Shown: positions 28,489-36,713 of the stretch, one piece after another
Layout: each line of letters begins with the position of its first letter
Position numbering within the stretch: the stretch's first letter is position 1
Assembly: GCA_036505015.1 (NCBI GenBank)
Contig: DASXUC010000053.1
Coordinates: forward strand, 38,232-102,231
Origin: a bacterium
GTDB taxonomy: Bacteria; Sysuimicrobiota; Sysuimicrobiia; Sysuimicrobiales; Kaftiobacteriaceae
DNA: 64,000 nt
Direction of reading: 5' to 3'
Program-made: the position numbers and the translations under genes
Notes under the pieces: model-generated
What the model was told of the DNA's origin: nothing
The model's database searches: none
The model's input: only the letters and a program-made list of their open reading frames with translations

Positions 28489-28500
28489 GGAAGGTCTGCG

Positions 28501-28929
28501 CTAGCCGTCGCCGAGGCTCTTGCGGACGGCGTCGATGAGTTCTGAGGGACTGAAGGGTTTGGTGACGATGCGGTCGGCGCCTGACTGCAGCGCGCGGGCG
28601 GTCATTTCCTGAGTCCCGAACCCGGTGATCAGCACCACGGCCACGTTGGGCCGCAGCGCTTTCGCCGCCTCGAGCACTTCCAGACCGGATACCACCGGCA
28701 TCCGCAGGTCACAGACGATGAGGTCAAACAACTCATCCGTGACCAGCCGCACCGCCTCGACGCCGCCGGCGGCCACCGTGACGCGATAGCCGGCCCGCGC
28801 GAGCACACGGGCGCACAGTTCCCTGATCGGCTCCTCATCATCCACGACGAGGACGTGCCGTGCCGTCACGACCGGACCGTCCGAGTCTTGCGGCATCAGG
28901 GTACTGCGGCTCATCACGGCATCCATCAT
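28501..28929 (-). CDS. Single-domain response regulator (CheY-like receiver)
   Basis: VLVVDDEEPIRELCARVL...DLIVCDLRMPVVSGLEVL...VVLITG. The start overlaps the kinase stop. Confidence 0.85.
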   Translation of the reverse strand: MMDAVMSRSTLMPQDSDGPVVTARHVLVVDDEEPIRELCARVLARAGYRVTVAAGGVEAVRLVTDELFDLIVCDLRMPVVSGLEVLEAAKALRPNVAVVLITGFGTQEMTARALQSGADRIVTKPFSPSELIDAVRKSLGDG

Positions 28930-31382
28930 GAGGCTGCCGGGACCGCGGGAACGCGAATCACAAACTTCGTACCCTGACCGGGTACGCTGGCCACGTCGAT
29001 CGTCCCGCCGTGCTGCTCGATGATGCGCTTGCTGATGGCCAGCCCCAGCCCCGTGCCCTGGCTGCCCTTCTTGGTCGTAAAGAACGGATCGAAGATCTTC
29101 GGCAGGTGCGCCGGATCGATCCCGACGCCCGAATCCTGGAAGACGATCTCGACCTGCGGGGTGCGGCCGACCTCCGGGGCGCTGCGCGCGGTGATGTCCA
29201 CGACACCGCCCCGCGGCATCGCGTCGATCGCGTTGTTCAGGAAATTGATGAACACCTGCTTGAGTCCGTTGACGTCGGCGAGGATGGACGGCAGCACGTG
29301 GTCGAAGTGGGTGGTGATGGTGACGTGCTGCGCCCGCTGCTTCACCAGCGGCAACACGCTCTCGATCACGCTCTCCACCTGCGTCGGTTCCTCCTCCGTG
29401 CCGGTCTGCCGCGCGTAATCCAGCAGGTTGCGCACGATCTCGCGCGCCCGGATCGCCTCGTTCTCCACGACCTGGAGGTCCGCGCGGATCGGGTCGTCCT
29501 TGCCGGCCTCGCTCAGCAGCAGCGACGTGTAGCCCAGCACGCTGGTCAGCGGGTTGTTGATCTCGTGCGCCACGAACGCGGCCAGCTCACCGATCGTCGC
29601 CAGCTTCGCCGACTGCACCAGCTGCAACTGGGTGCGTTCCAGCTCTTCCATCTGCGTCCGCTGGCGCTCGTAGAGGCGCGCATTCTCAATGCCCACCGCG
29701 ATCCCGTCGGCCAGCATCTGCAGCATCGAGACGTCGTCCGGCGAGAACGTCACCCCCGGCCGCTGCCAGACGCGCAGCACCCCGCTGGCGCGGTCGTGGG
29801 TCAGGATCGGGATGTCGGTGCAGCGCTCATCGGGTCCCACCGGCGGGAGAGGGTCGTCCCCCTCCCGCAGGACCACTTCCACGCGCGAGAAGCCGAATGA
29901 CTCCTCGATCAGGCGGGAGGTCTGTTGCAGGAGGATGTCGACGTTGAGGATGGTCGCGATCTTGCGTGTCGCCTGGGTGATCGCGCTGAGCAGCGCGCTG
30001 CGGCGCCGCTCCTGGCCGAACAGCTGGGCTTTCTCGATGGCCACGGCGGCCTGGCTGGCCATCGTGGAGAGGAGATCGATGTTCGACGGCGTCGTTTCGC
30101 GCAGCTCCCCCCCGATGATGATCAGCCCGATGAGGTGATCGCGCAGCTTCATGGGCAGCGTGATCACCGCGGTGGTATCCGACTGCGCATCTCCCATGCA
30201 CAGCTCGCGCACCAACGCCGGGTCGGCGGCGGCGTCGATGACCGTGGCGTGTTCGGCTTCCACGACGCGTCGCATGGCCGGGTCGTCGATCGGACGCAGC
30301 CGCGGTGGCCGGCGCCCTCCGTTGACCTGCCAGACCGCGAACGACAACTGCCTGGCGCTGGCTTCGTAGACCCCGATGCCCAGCAGGTGCAGGGGAATCG
30401 TGCCCCCGATTTGCGTCGCCAGCGCCTCGCTGATCTGGTCGAGCTCAATGCTGCTGGTCAGGGCCCGGGCCAGCTCGTTCAATCCGGCCAGTTCACGCGC
30501 GCGCCCCTCGGCGTCCACCTGGCTCTGCCGGATGCTGTCGGCGGCTTCCACCTGTCCGCGCAGCATCTGCGAGAGTGCCACCATCGGGACCACCAGCAGC
30601 GGCGTCAGCCAGGGGTTGACCAGCCAGAGGTTCGCGACGAGGACCCCCATCCAGATCAGCACAACCTCACGGAAGAAGTTGACCCGTGAGATCGCCCCGG
30701 TCTGGAAAAAGGACCGCCCGGTGGAGAGCACGATGACCTGTCCGACGAGCACGATGTTGGTGAAGTAGAACGTCAGGCCCACGACCAGCGCGAGGCCATA
30801 CCACTGCAAGGCCACCAGTCCCTGGGATTCGACCGGGCGAATGGCGTGCCAGAGCAGTCCGGCCGGGACGACCGATACCAGGTGCTGGGAGATGTTGAAC
30901 AGCCCACGCCGCCAGTCGTACCGTCGCTTGATCCAGTACCCAACCATCGTCACCGCGGCAATGACCAGCGTGCTGATCAACGGCAACAGCAGCAGCGAGG
31001 CCACCAGGACCGCGGTGAGCAGGGAATAGGAAATGCGGGCTTCGGCGGTGGTCGTGGGCATCTGCACGCCCACGAGCTGGGCGACCAGCGCCGCCCCCAG
31101 GAGCAGGACGAAGGGGACATTGAGAACGATCGTGCCCGGCGTCAACAGTACCGCGATCGGCGCCGAAAACGCGCCGAGGGCGACGACCGCCAGGATGTAG
31201 TACTGGGCGGGCAGCGGCAGCCCGGCGGCCGTCCGGGACGGAGGAGCAGGAAGAGTCGTGCCTGTCGATGGTGCGGATGCGCCCTGTCCGCCGGAAAGCA
31301 GCCGCCGGCCCCAACCCCGCAGTGGGCCGACGACCGCGGGAGCCGGCCTGCTCACCTCTTGACCTCCACGGACCGAAGACAC
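28926..31382 (-). CDS. Polytopic sensor histidine kinase (about 8-9 TM, two GAF-like domains, HisKA, HATPase_c)
   Basis: GTG start at 31382. Hydrophobic N-terminal ~280 aa with short loops. H-box AAFVAHEINNPLT. N/G boxes FINFLNNAIDAM, FQDSGVGI and GTGLGLAISKRI. Confidence 0.85.
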   Translation of the reverse strand: MSSVRGGQEVSRPAPAVVGPLRGWGRRLLSGGQGASAPSTGTTLPAPPSRTAAGLPLPAQYYILAVVALGAFSAPIAVLLTPGTIVLNVPFVLLLGAALVAQLVGVQMPTTTAEARISYSLLTAVLVASLLLLPLISTLVIAAVTMVGYWIKRRYDWRRGLFNISQHLVSVVPAGLLWHAIRPVESQGLVALQWYGLALVVGLTFYFTNIVLVGQVIVLSTGRSFFQTGAISRVNFFREVVLIWMGVLVANLWLVNPWLTPLLVVPMVALSQMLRGQVEAADSIRQSQVDAEGRARELAGLNELARALTSSIELDQISEALATQIGGTIPLHLLGIGVYEASARQLSFAVWQVNGGRRPPRLRPIDDPAMRRVVEAEHATVIDAAADPALVRELCMGDAQSDTTAVITLPMKLRDHLIGLIIIGGELRETTPSNIDLLSTMASQAAVAIEKAQLFGQERRRSALLSAITQATRKIATILNVDILLQQTSRLIEESFGFSRVEVVLREGDDPLPPVGPDERCTDIPILTHDRASGVLRVWQRPGVTFSPDDVSMLQMLADGIAVGIENARLYERQRTQMEELERTQLQLVQSAKLATIGELAAFVAHEINNPLTSVLGYTSLLLSEAGKDDPIRADLQVVENEAIRAREIVRNLLDYARQTGTEEEPTQVESVIESVLPLVKQRAQHVTITTHFDHVLPSILADVNGLKQVFINFLNNAIDAMPRGGVVDITARSAPEVGRTPQVEIVFQDSGVGIDPAHLPKIFDPFFTTKKGSQGTGLGLAISKRIIEQHGGTIDVASVPGQGTKFVIRVPAVPAAS

Positions 31383-31436
31383 ATCAGCGATGGTATGGTT
31401 GTTCGCCTTTCCATTGGGGTTCCCCTACGAGGATAG

Positions 31437-31452
31437 AGCAACTTCCATGCCA
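31437..31452 (-). promoter_or_regulatory. Sigma-54 (-24/-12) promoter for kinase-CheY operon
   Basis: Minus strand reads TGGCATggaagTTGCT, 54 nt upstream of the kinase start. Confidence 0.8.
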
Positions 31453-31480
31453 GAACGGGGCGAAAATCCGTCTGTTGCCA

Positions 31481-31528
31481 GGTAGCCACGAGCCATCGCT
31501 TCAGGCTACCCGGCTACCGGTCTACCGG
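31481..31528. repeat. Tandem octamers GCTACCCG GCTACCGG TCTACCGG with an upstream inverted GGTAGCC
   Basis: 31505-31528 holds three tandem 8-mers. GGTAGCC (31481-31487) is the complement of GGCTACC (31504-31510). Confidence 0.6.
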
Positions 31529-31619
31529 TGCAAGGCGGCAGTGGGGACCCGCCGGCGCCCGCGTATTACGGTGCGCAGACGGGCCCCGCCGCCGATGAGC
31601 CTCGGTGCGAAAGGCGCAG

Positions 31620-31772
31620 TTACTCCCAGGTTGCCCCGGTAATCGTGAACCCGCCGCCTCCTGAAAGTACTGGATCCGAGGGCTTCCCGTTTCCATTGCC
31701 CCCCCAGGAGATCGACGTGGCCGCCAGCAGCATTGCTGCCACCAGCAGAGCGGTCATCAGCTTCTTGATCAT
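31620..31772 (-). CDS. 50-aa secreted Gly-rich peptide, paralog 1
   Basis: Below the ORF-track cutoff. RBS GAGAGGAGG. Product is MIKKLMTALLVAAMLLAATSISWGGNGNGKPSDPVLSGGGGFTITGATWE. Compared with paralog 2 over the aligned codons there are 11 synonymous versus 7 (mostly conservative) non-synonymous codon differences. Confidence 0.8.
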   Translation of the reverse strand: MIKKLMTALLVAAMLLAATSISWGGNGNGKPSDPVLSGGGGFTITGATWE

Positions 31773-31814
31773 CTACAGGCGCCTCCTCTCGAATTAGGCT
31801 CAACCTCCAAGAGG

Positions 31815-31830
31815 AGCAAGAACGATGCCT
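31815..31830 (-). promoter_or_regulatory. Sigma-54 (-24/-12) promoter for peptide paralog 1
   Basis: Minus strand reads AGGCATcgttcTTGCT, 42 nt upstream of ATG 31772. Confidence 0.7.
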
Positions 31831-31865
31831 CAGGGGGGACTGGTCCAAAAGAATCTTGCCAGACG

Positions 31866-31902
31866 CAAAAAGGACGACGGCCGGCCGGGATGGCCAACCG
31901 TC
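31866..31902 (-). terminator. Terminator of peptide paralog 2
   Basis: Stem GACGG-cc-GGCC / GGCC-aa-CCGTC (31876-31902), followed on the minus strand by a CCTTTTTGC tract. Confidence 0.55.
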
Positions 31903-31953
31903 GCCGATGACTTCGATGCGCCGGACGTTTTGACTAGCGAACGGACGTGCGGG

Positions 31954-32103
31954 TTACTCCCAGGTTGCCCCGGTAACGGAGAACCCGCCGCTTCCTGAGA
32001 GTACTGGATCCGCGGGCTTCCCGCCTCCATTCGCTCCCCAGGAAATGGACGTCGCCATCAACAGCATCGCAGCTACGAGCAGGGCGGTCAAAAAACTCTT
32101 CAT
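31954..32103 (-). CDS. 49-aa secreted Gly-rich peptide, paralog 2
   Basis: RBS GACGGAGG. Product is MKSFLTALLVAAMLLMATSISWGANGGGKPADPVLSGSGGFSVTGATWE. It shares the C-terminal TGATWE and central KP.DPVLSG with paralog 1. Confidence 0.8.
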   Translation of the reverse strand: MKSFLTALLVAAMLLMATSISWGANGGGKPADPVLSGSGGFSVTGATWE

Positions 32104-32148
32104 CGCAAGGCCTCCGTCGTTCAGTATGGTCGACTAACCATGAATAAG

Positions 32149-32164
32149 AGCAAGAAGCGTGCCA
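32149..32164 (-). promoter_or_regulatory. Sigma-54 (-24/-12) promoter for peptide paralog 2
   Basis: Minus strand reads TGGCACgcttcTTGCT (perfect consensus), 45 nt upstream of ATG 32103. Confidence 0.85.
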
Positions 32165-32273
32165 GTCACGGCCCAGTTGCAGCAAAATGAGTCCGTTATG
32201 TCACCGCATCACTTTTCTCGCGCCGCCGCGGCATGCTATCGTGCGTGCGCAGTCACGCGCAGGAGGGCCCCCC

Positions 32274-33620
32274 GTGTCGGTCAGCGCTCTGGTCGTCGAC
32301 GACGAAGAGAATATCCGCGGTCTGCTCCAGAAGATCCTGACCGAGGAAGGTTTCGATGTCGAGACCGCCACCACCGGCGAAGCCGGCCTGGAACGCTATC
32401 AGGCCCGTCCCTTCGACCTCGTGCTGGTCGACCTCCGCCTGCCCACGATCAGCGGGCTCGAGGTTCTCCAGAACCTTGTCTCCGCCGATCCCGATGCACT
32501 GGTCATCATCCTCACCGGCTACAGCACGGTGGAAACCGCGATCAAGGCGATCAAGCTGGGGGCGTACGATTACGTCGCCAAGCCGTTTCGCCCCGAAGAG
32601 TTGATGGTCGTGGTCAACCAGGCGCTGGAGCGGAACAGGCTGCTGAAAGAAAACCAGCTCCTGCAGCAGGAACTGATGGGCACGTTCAAGTTTCAGGGCA
32701 TCGTCGGTAACGCGCCCAGGATGCGGGAGGTGCTGGCGCTGGCCGCCCGGGTGGCGCCGACGGACGCGACCGTGTTGATCTTCGGCGAGACCGGGGCCGG
32801 CAAGGAGTTGCTGGCGCGATCGATCCACGCGCAAAGCGCGCGGGCCAACGGGCCGTTCGTGGTGGTGAACTGCGGCGCGATCCCCGAAACCCTCCTCGAA
32901 ACCGAACTGTTCGGCCACGAGAAAGGTGCCTTCACCGGCGCGGTGACCAGTCACGTCGGGCGGTTTGAGCGGGCGGCGGGCGGGACGATCTTCCTCGACG
33001 AGATCGGGGATATGAGCCCGGCGATGCAGGTGAAGTTGCTGCGCGTCCTGCAGGAGAAGGTGGTCGAGCGGGTCGGCGGCAGCAAGCCCATCGACGTCGA
33101 CGCCCGGGTGCTCGCAGCGACGCACAAGGACCTGCGCGAGGCGATCACCACCGGGCAGTTCCGGGAAGACCTGTACTACCGCCTCAGCGTGATGCCGCTG
33201 GTCGTGCCCCCGCTGCGCGATCGGGCCGATGATATCCCGATCCTGGCCGACTTCTTCATGAATAAGTACGCGGTGGCCTTCTCCAAGCGGATCAAGGGGT
33301 TTTCGCCGCTGGCGATGCGCCGGCTCCGCGCCCATCGCTGGCCCGGCAACGTGCGCGAGCTCGAGTACACCGTGGAACGCGCGGTCATTCTCGCCGCCGG
33401 ACCGATGATCGAGGCCGACGACATCTGGCTGGACGGGCAGAATGCCGATCCGACGAAGTTCCCCAAAGCGTACTCGCTGGTGGAAAGCGAGCGCCGGCAC
33501 ATCCAGGCCGTGCTGAAGATGACCGGCTGGAATCTGGATGACACCGCCGGCGTGCTGGGACTGGACCGCGACACCCTGCAGGACAAGATCACGACCCACC
33601 GGCTCGAGCCCGAATCGTAA
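32274..33620 (+). CDS. NtrC-family sigma-54-dependent response regulator (REC + AAA+ + Fis-type HTH)
   Basis: GTG 32274 preceded by AGGAGGG. Receiver [14 protein letters not shown]...[10 protein letters not shown]. Walker [15 protein letters not shown] loop (HEKGAFTGA). C-terminal [19 protein letters not shown]. Confidence 0.9.
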   Translation: MSVSALVVDDEENIRGLLQKILTEEGFDVETATTGEAGLERYQARPFDLVLVDLRLPTISGLEVLQNLVSADPDALVIILTGYSTVETAIKAIKLGAYDYVAKPFRPEELMVVVNQALERNRLLKENQLLQQELMGTFKFQGIVGNAPRMREVLALAARVAPTDATVLIFGETGAGKELLARSIHAQSARANGPFVVVNCGAIPETLLETELFGHEKGAFTGAVTSHVGRFERAAGGTIFLDEIGDMSPAMQVKLLRVLQEKVVERVGGSKPIDVDARVLAATHKDLREAITTGQFREDLYYRLSVMPLVVPPLRDRADDIPILADFFMNKYAVAFSKRIKGFSPLAMRRLRAHRWPGNVRELEYTVERAVILAAGPMIEADDIWLDGQNADPTKFPKAYSLVESERRHIQAVLKMTGWNLDDTAGVLGLDRDTLQDKITTHRLEPES

Positions 33621-33668
33621 CCGCTGCCCCATGGCTGCCACATCCCCCCTCCGCCCGCAAAATGCGCG

Positions 33669-33684
33669 TGGCACGGAACTTGCT
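33669..33684 (+). promoter_or_regulatory. Sigma-54 (-24/-12) promoter for HD-GYP-rpoN operon
   Basis: TGGCACggaacTTGCT, 49 nt upstream of ATG 33734. Confidence 0.85.
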
Positions 33685-33733
33685 ACAGGCATCCGGCAGT
33701 GTCGTATGGTGCGAACGTGGCGCCGTGAGGTGA

Positions 33734-35206
33734 ATGCCGGTGATGCCGAAGGCGAAAGTCCTGATCGTGGACGACGAACCGTCGATCCGCGAGTTGTGCG
33801 CGAGAATTCTGGGAACCTCCTACGAAGTGGAGACGGCCCCCGACGGGCCCACGGCGATCCGCATGGCCGCAGCGGCGGCGCCTGATCTGTTGCTGGCCGA
33901 CCTGCGCATGCCTGGGATGAGCGGGCTCGACGCGGCGCGGCGGATCGTCGCCGATGCGCCCGAAGTCTCGGTCGTGATCATGACCGGGTTCAGCCAGTTC
34001 GACAGCCTGCTGGAGACCGTGCGGTTCGGCGTCAACGGTTTCGTACTCAAACCGTTCACGCCTGATGATCTCCGCCGGACCGTGGAAGACGGGCTGCGCC
34101 GCGGGCAGTACTTCAAACGTACCGCGCGGCTGCGCTCGCTGGCTCCGATCCTCGATCTGCGCGAAGGGAAGATCAACGGCGATCCGACCCGAATCTTCCA
34201 GACAATCTGTGAAACCGTGCAGCGTGAGCTCGACGCCGATTCGGTGACGCTGGTGGCGCTGGACGAAGACGGCCAGGAGGTGGCCGTCACATCGTCGGTG
34301 GGCAGTCCCGGCGCCGAGCCCGTCACCGTGACGCGGCGGCCCGGCGACGTCGACTGGGTCCCCCCGGTCGTGCCGACCAACGGCAACGGCAACGGGAACG
34401 GTACAGGGCACCACGACGACGGCCAGGTGTTGTCGATGCCGCTGCGCACCGGCGGCGCGGTGGTCGGGGCGCTCACCGTGAAGCGGCGCGATGGCCCGTT
34501 CACCGCGACGGACCGCGACCTGCTGCGGCTGATCTGTGCGCAGAGCAGCGTCGCCATCGAAAACATCCGGTTGTTCACGCACCTGCGCCAGTCCTACTGG
34601 AACACCGTCTATGCGCTGGCGGCGACCGTGGACCTGCGCGATCACCCGACGCGCGGTCACTCCGACCGGCTGGCGCGGTACGCGGTGGCGATCGGCGCCC
34701 GCTTGGGGCTGAAGCCCGACCGGCTCGACGATCTGAAGATTGCCGCGCTGCTCCACGATATCGGCAAGATCGGCATCGGCGACGGCGTGCTACTGAAGCC
34801 GGGCGATCTCACCGCCGAAGAGTACGACCAGATGAAGACCCACACCCTGATGGGCGCGAAAATCCTGGCCATGGCGGGGTTCTCGCCGCGTGTCGTCGAG
34901 GCGGTGCTGTTCCATCACGAACGCTATGACGGATCCGGGTACCCGCTGGGACTGCGGGAAGATCAGATCCCGCTGGAAGCGCGCATCCTCACCGGCGCCG
35001 ACGCGCTGGAGAGCATGACCAGTCCCCGCATGTACCGCCAGGCCATGCCGGTGCCCGCCGCCGTGACCGAGCTCGTGCGCGGGCGGGGGACGCAGTTCGA
35101 CCCGCAGATCATCGACGCCTTGATGGGGTGCCTGGATTCAGGAGAGTTCCACCAGTCACTGGCCGGTGGGCACGATTCGCTCCAGTTGCTCGCGGAGACC
35201 AGCTAA
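33734..35206 (+). CDS. Response regulator with GAF and HD-GYP (c-di-GMP phosphodiesterase) domains
   Basis: Receiver VLIVDDEPSIRELCARIL...DLLLADLRMPGMSG. HD motif LLHDIGKIGI. Intact HHERYDGSGYP. Confidence 0.85.
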   Translation: MPVMPKAKVLIVDDEPSIRELCARILGTSYEVETAPDGPTAIRMAAAAAPDLLLADLRMPGMSGLDAARRIVADAPEVSVVIMTGFSQFDSLLETVRFGVNGFVLKPFTPDDLRRTVEDGLRRGQYFKRTARLRSLAPILDLREGKINGDPTRIFQTICETVQRELDADSVTLVALDEDGQEVAVTSSVGSPGAEPVTVTRRPGDVDWVPPVVPTNGNGNGNGTGHHDDGQVLSMPLRTGGAVVGALTVKRRDGPFTATDRDLLRLICAQSSVAIENIRLFTHLRQSYWNTVYALAATVDLRDHPTRGHSDRLARYAVAIGARLGLKPDRLDDLKIAALLHDIGKIGIGDGVLLKPGDLTAEEYDQMKTHTLMGAKILAMAGFSPRVVEAVLFHHERYDGSGYPLGLREDQIPLEARILTGADALESMTSPRMYRQAMPVPAAVTELVRGRGTQFDPQIIDALMGCLDSGEFHQSLAGGHDSLQLLAETS

Positions 35207-36558
35207 TGGACCTCCGTATCGCCCCGCAGGCGAAAACCGGGCTGCACCAGCGCATGGTGCCCAAATTGATGATGGTGAACACCCTGCTGGTGCTGCCGCT
35301 GGACCAGTTGCTGGCCCGGATCGAGCAGGAACTGGCGGAGAACCCCGCGCTGGAACGCGACGACACCGTGCGCCCGGATGAGATCACCTGGTCGCGCGCC
35401 GGGGAGCGGTCCGCGGCGTCCTGGACGCCCGATGATGAGGATCGCGACCCGTTTGCGGGCCTCACGTCGTCGGTGAGCCTGCACGATCACCTGCTGCTGA
35501 CGCTGCAGGCCGAGCGCTTCACGCCGCGCGAGCACGCCATCGGCGCGCGGCTGATCGGCTACATCAACGATCGCGGGTACCTCGACGTCGCGATCGTGCA
35601 GGTCGCGCAGGAACTGAACGCGGAACCCGACGATGTCGAGCGCGTGCTGCGGCGTATCCAGCGGTTCGATCCGATCGGGATCGGCGCCCGCAGTGTGCAG
35701 GAATCGTTGAGCGTGCAGCTGGAGATGCTCGATGACGTGCCGGCGCGTCGGCTGGCCCAGCAGCTCGTCGCCGCGTACCTCACCCAGCTGGCCGAGCACC
35801 GGTTTGATGAGCTGGCGAAGGCGCTGGGGGCGCGCCCCGCGGAGGTCAAAGAGGCGCTGGCGTTTCTGCAGACCCACTGCTACGCGTCGCCCGGCGAGCG
35901 CTACCGCGCCGACCAGACCGGCGGCGCCGTCGCCCCGTCTGAGGTGGCCTATCCCGACGTGTTGATCCGTCGCACCGACGACGGCTTCGCGGTCGAGCTG
36001 ACGCATCAGGACGGCAGCGCCCTGCGCGTGAACGCCTTCTACGATGACCTGCGCCGCCAGCTCCGCCGCAGCGCGGGGTCGGGGGAGTGGTCCAAAGATC
36101 ACGTTCGCGACTACGTCACACGGGCGAAGTTGTTCGTCGAAGCCCTGCAGCGGCGCAACTGGACGCTGGCCAACATCGTCCAGGCCGTGGTCAGCGCGCA
36201 GTGGGAGTATCTCGACCGCGGCGACGCGCACCTGAAGCCGCTGACGAAAGCCATGATTGCGGCGGAGCTCGGCATCAGCGAATCTACGGTCAGCCGGGCG
36301 CTGGACAGCAAATTCGTGCAGCTGCCCAGCGGCCGGGTGAGCAGTTTCGACGTCTTCTTCGACCAGTCGGTGCCGGTGAAGGAGAAGATCCGCGCCATCG
36401 TCGCCGCCGAGCCGCACCCGCTGACCGACGAAGAGATCGCCACCGCCCTCACCCGCGTCGGCTACCGCGTCGCCCGCCGTACCGTCGCCAAGTACCGCGA
36501 AGCCATCTCCATCCCGCCGTCCACGAAGCGCACGCCGGCCCTCACCGCCGCCAGCTAA
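35206..36558 (+). CDS. rpoN: RNA polymerase sigma-54 factor
   Basis: ATG 35206 overlaps the upstream stop (TAATG). N-terminus MDLRIAPQAKTGLHQRMVPKLMMVNTLLVLP...LEQELAENPALE. RpoN box ARRTVAKYREAISIP at the C-terminus. Confidence 0.9.
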   Translation: MDLRIAPQAKTGLHQRMVPKLMMVNTLLVLPLDQLLARIEQELAENPALERDDTVRPDEITWSRAGERSAASWTPDDEDRDPFAGLTSSVSLHDHLLLTLQAERFTPREHAIGARLIGYINDRGYLDVAIVQVAQELNAEPDDVERVLRRIQRFDPIGIGARSVQESLSVQLEMLDDVPARRLAQQLVAAYLTQLAEHRFDELAKALGARPAEVKEALAFLQTHCYASPGERYRADQTGGAVAPSEVAYPDVLIRRTDDGFAVELTHQDGSALRVNAFYDDLRRQLRRSAGSGEWSKDHVRDYVTRAKLFVEALQRRNWTLANIVQAVVSAQWEYLDRGDAHLKPLTKAMIAAELGISESTVSRALDSKFVQLPSGRVSSFDVFFDQSVPVKEKIRAIVAAEPHPLTDEEIATALTRVGYRVARRTVAKYREAISIPPSTKRTPALTAAS

Positions 36559-36566
36559 GACCAAAA

Positions 36567-36648
36567 CTACCGTTGGTCGTTCGTCGTTGGTCGTTCATCG
36601 ACATTAACCACGAACGATGAACCACTAACGACGAACCATGAACGGTAG
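36567..36648. repeat. Long imperfect hairpin built of tandem heptamers (CGTTNNT) and complements, directly after rpoN
   Basis: CTACCGTTGGT CGTTCGT CGTTGGT CGTTCAT CG - acattaac - CACGAACG ATGAACC ACTAACG ACGAACC ATGAACGGTAG. Confidence 0.8.
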
Positions 36649-36655
36649 TCGAGCG

Positions 36656-36671
36656 TGGCACACCGGTTGCT
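36656..36671 (+). promoter_or_regulatory. Sigma-54 (-24/-12) promoter for GGDEF*-Roadblock operon
   Basis: TGGCACaccggTTGCT, 42 nt upstream of ATG 36714. Confidence 0.85.
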
Positions 36672-36713
36672 TCTATTACCAGCGAAGCACGTTGTGACAG
36701 GAGGCCGGACCCG

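Noticed and set aside
31514-32030. Track ORFs 31514..31696, 31522..31848 and 31830..32030 (METGSPRIQYFQEAAGS... and MEAGSPRIQYSQEAAGS...) overlapping the two small peptide genes
   Set aside because: They look conserved only because the DNA is duplicated. Differences between the copies fall on third positions of the other frame (11 synonymous changes), and that other frame also has the RBS, ATG and signal peptide.
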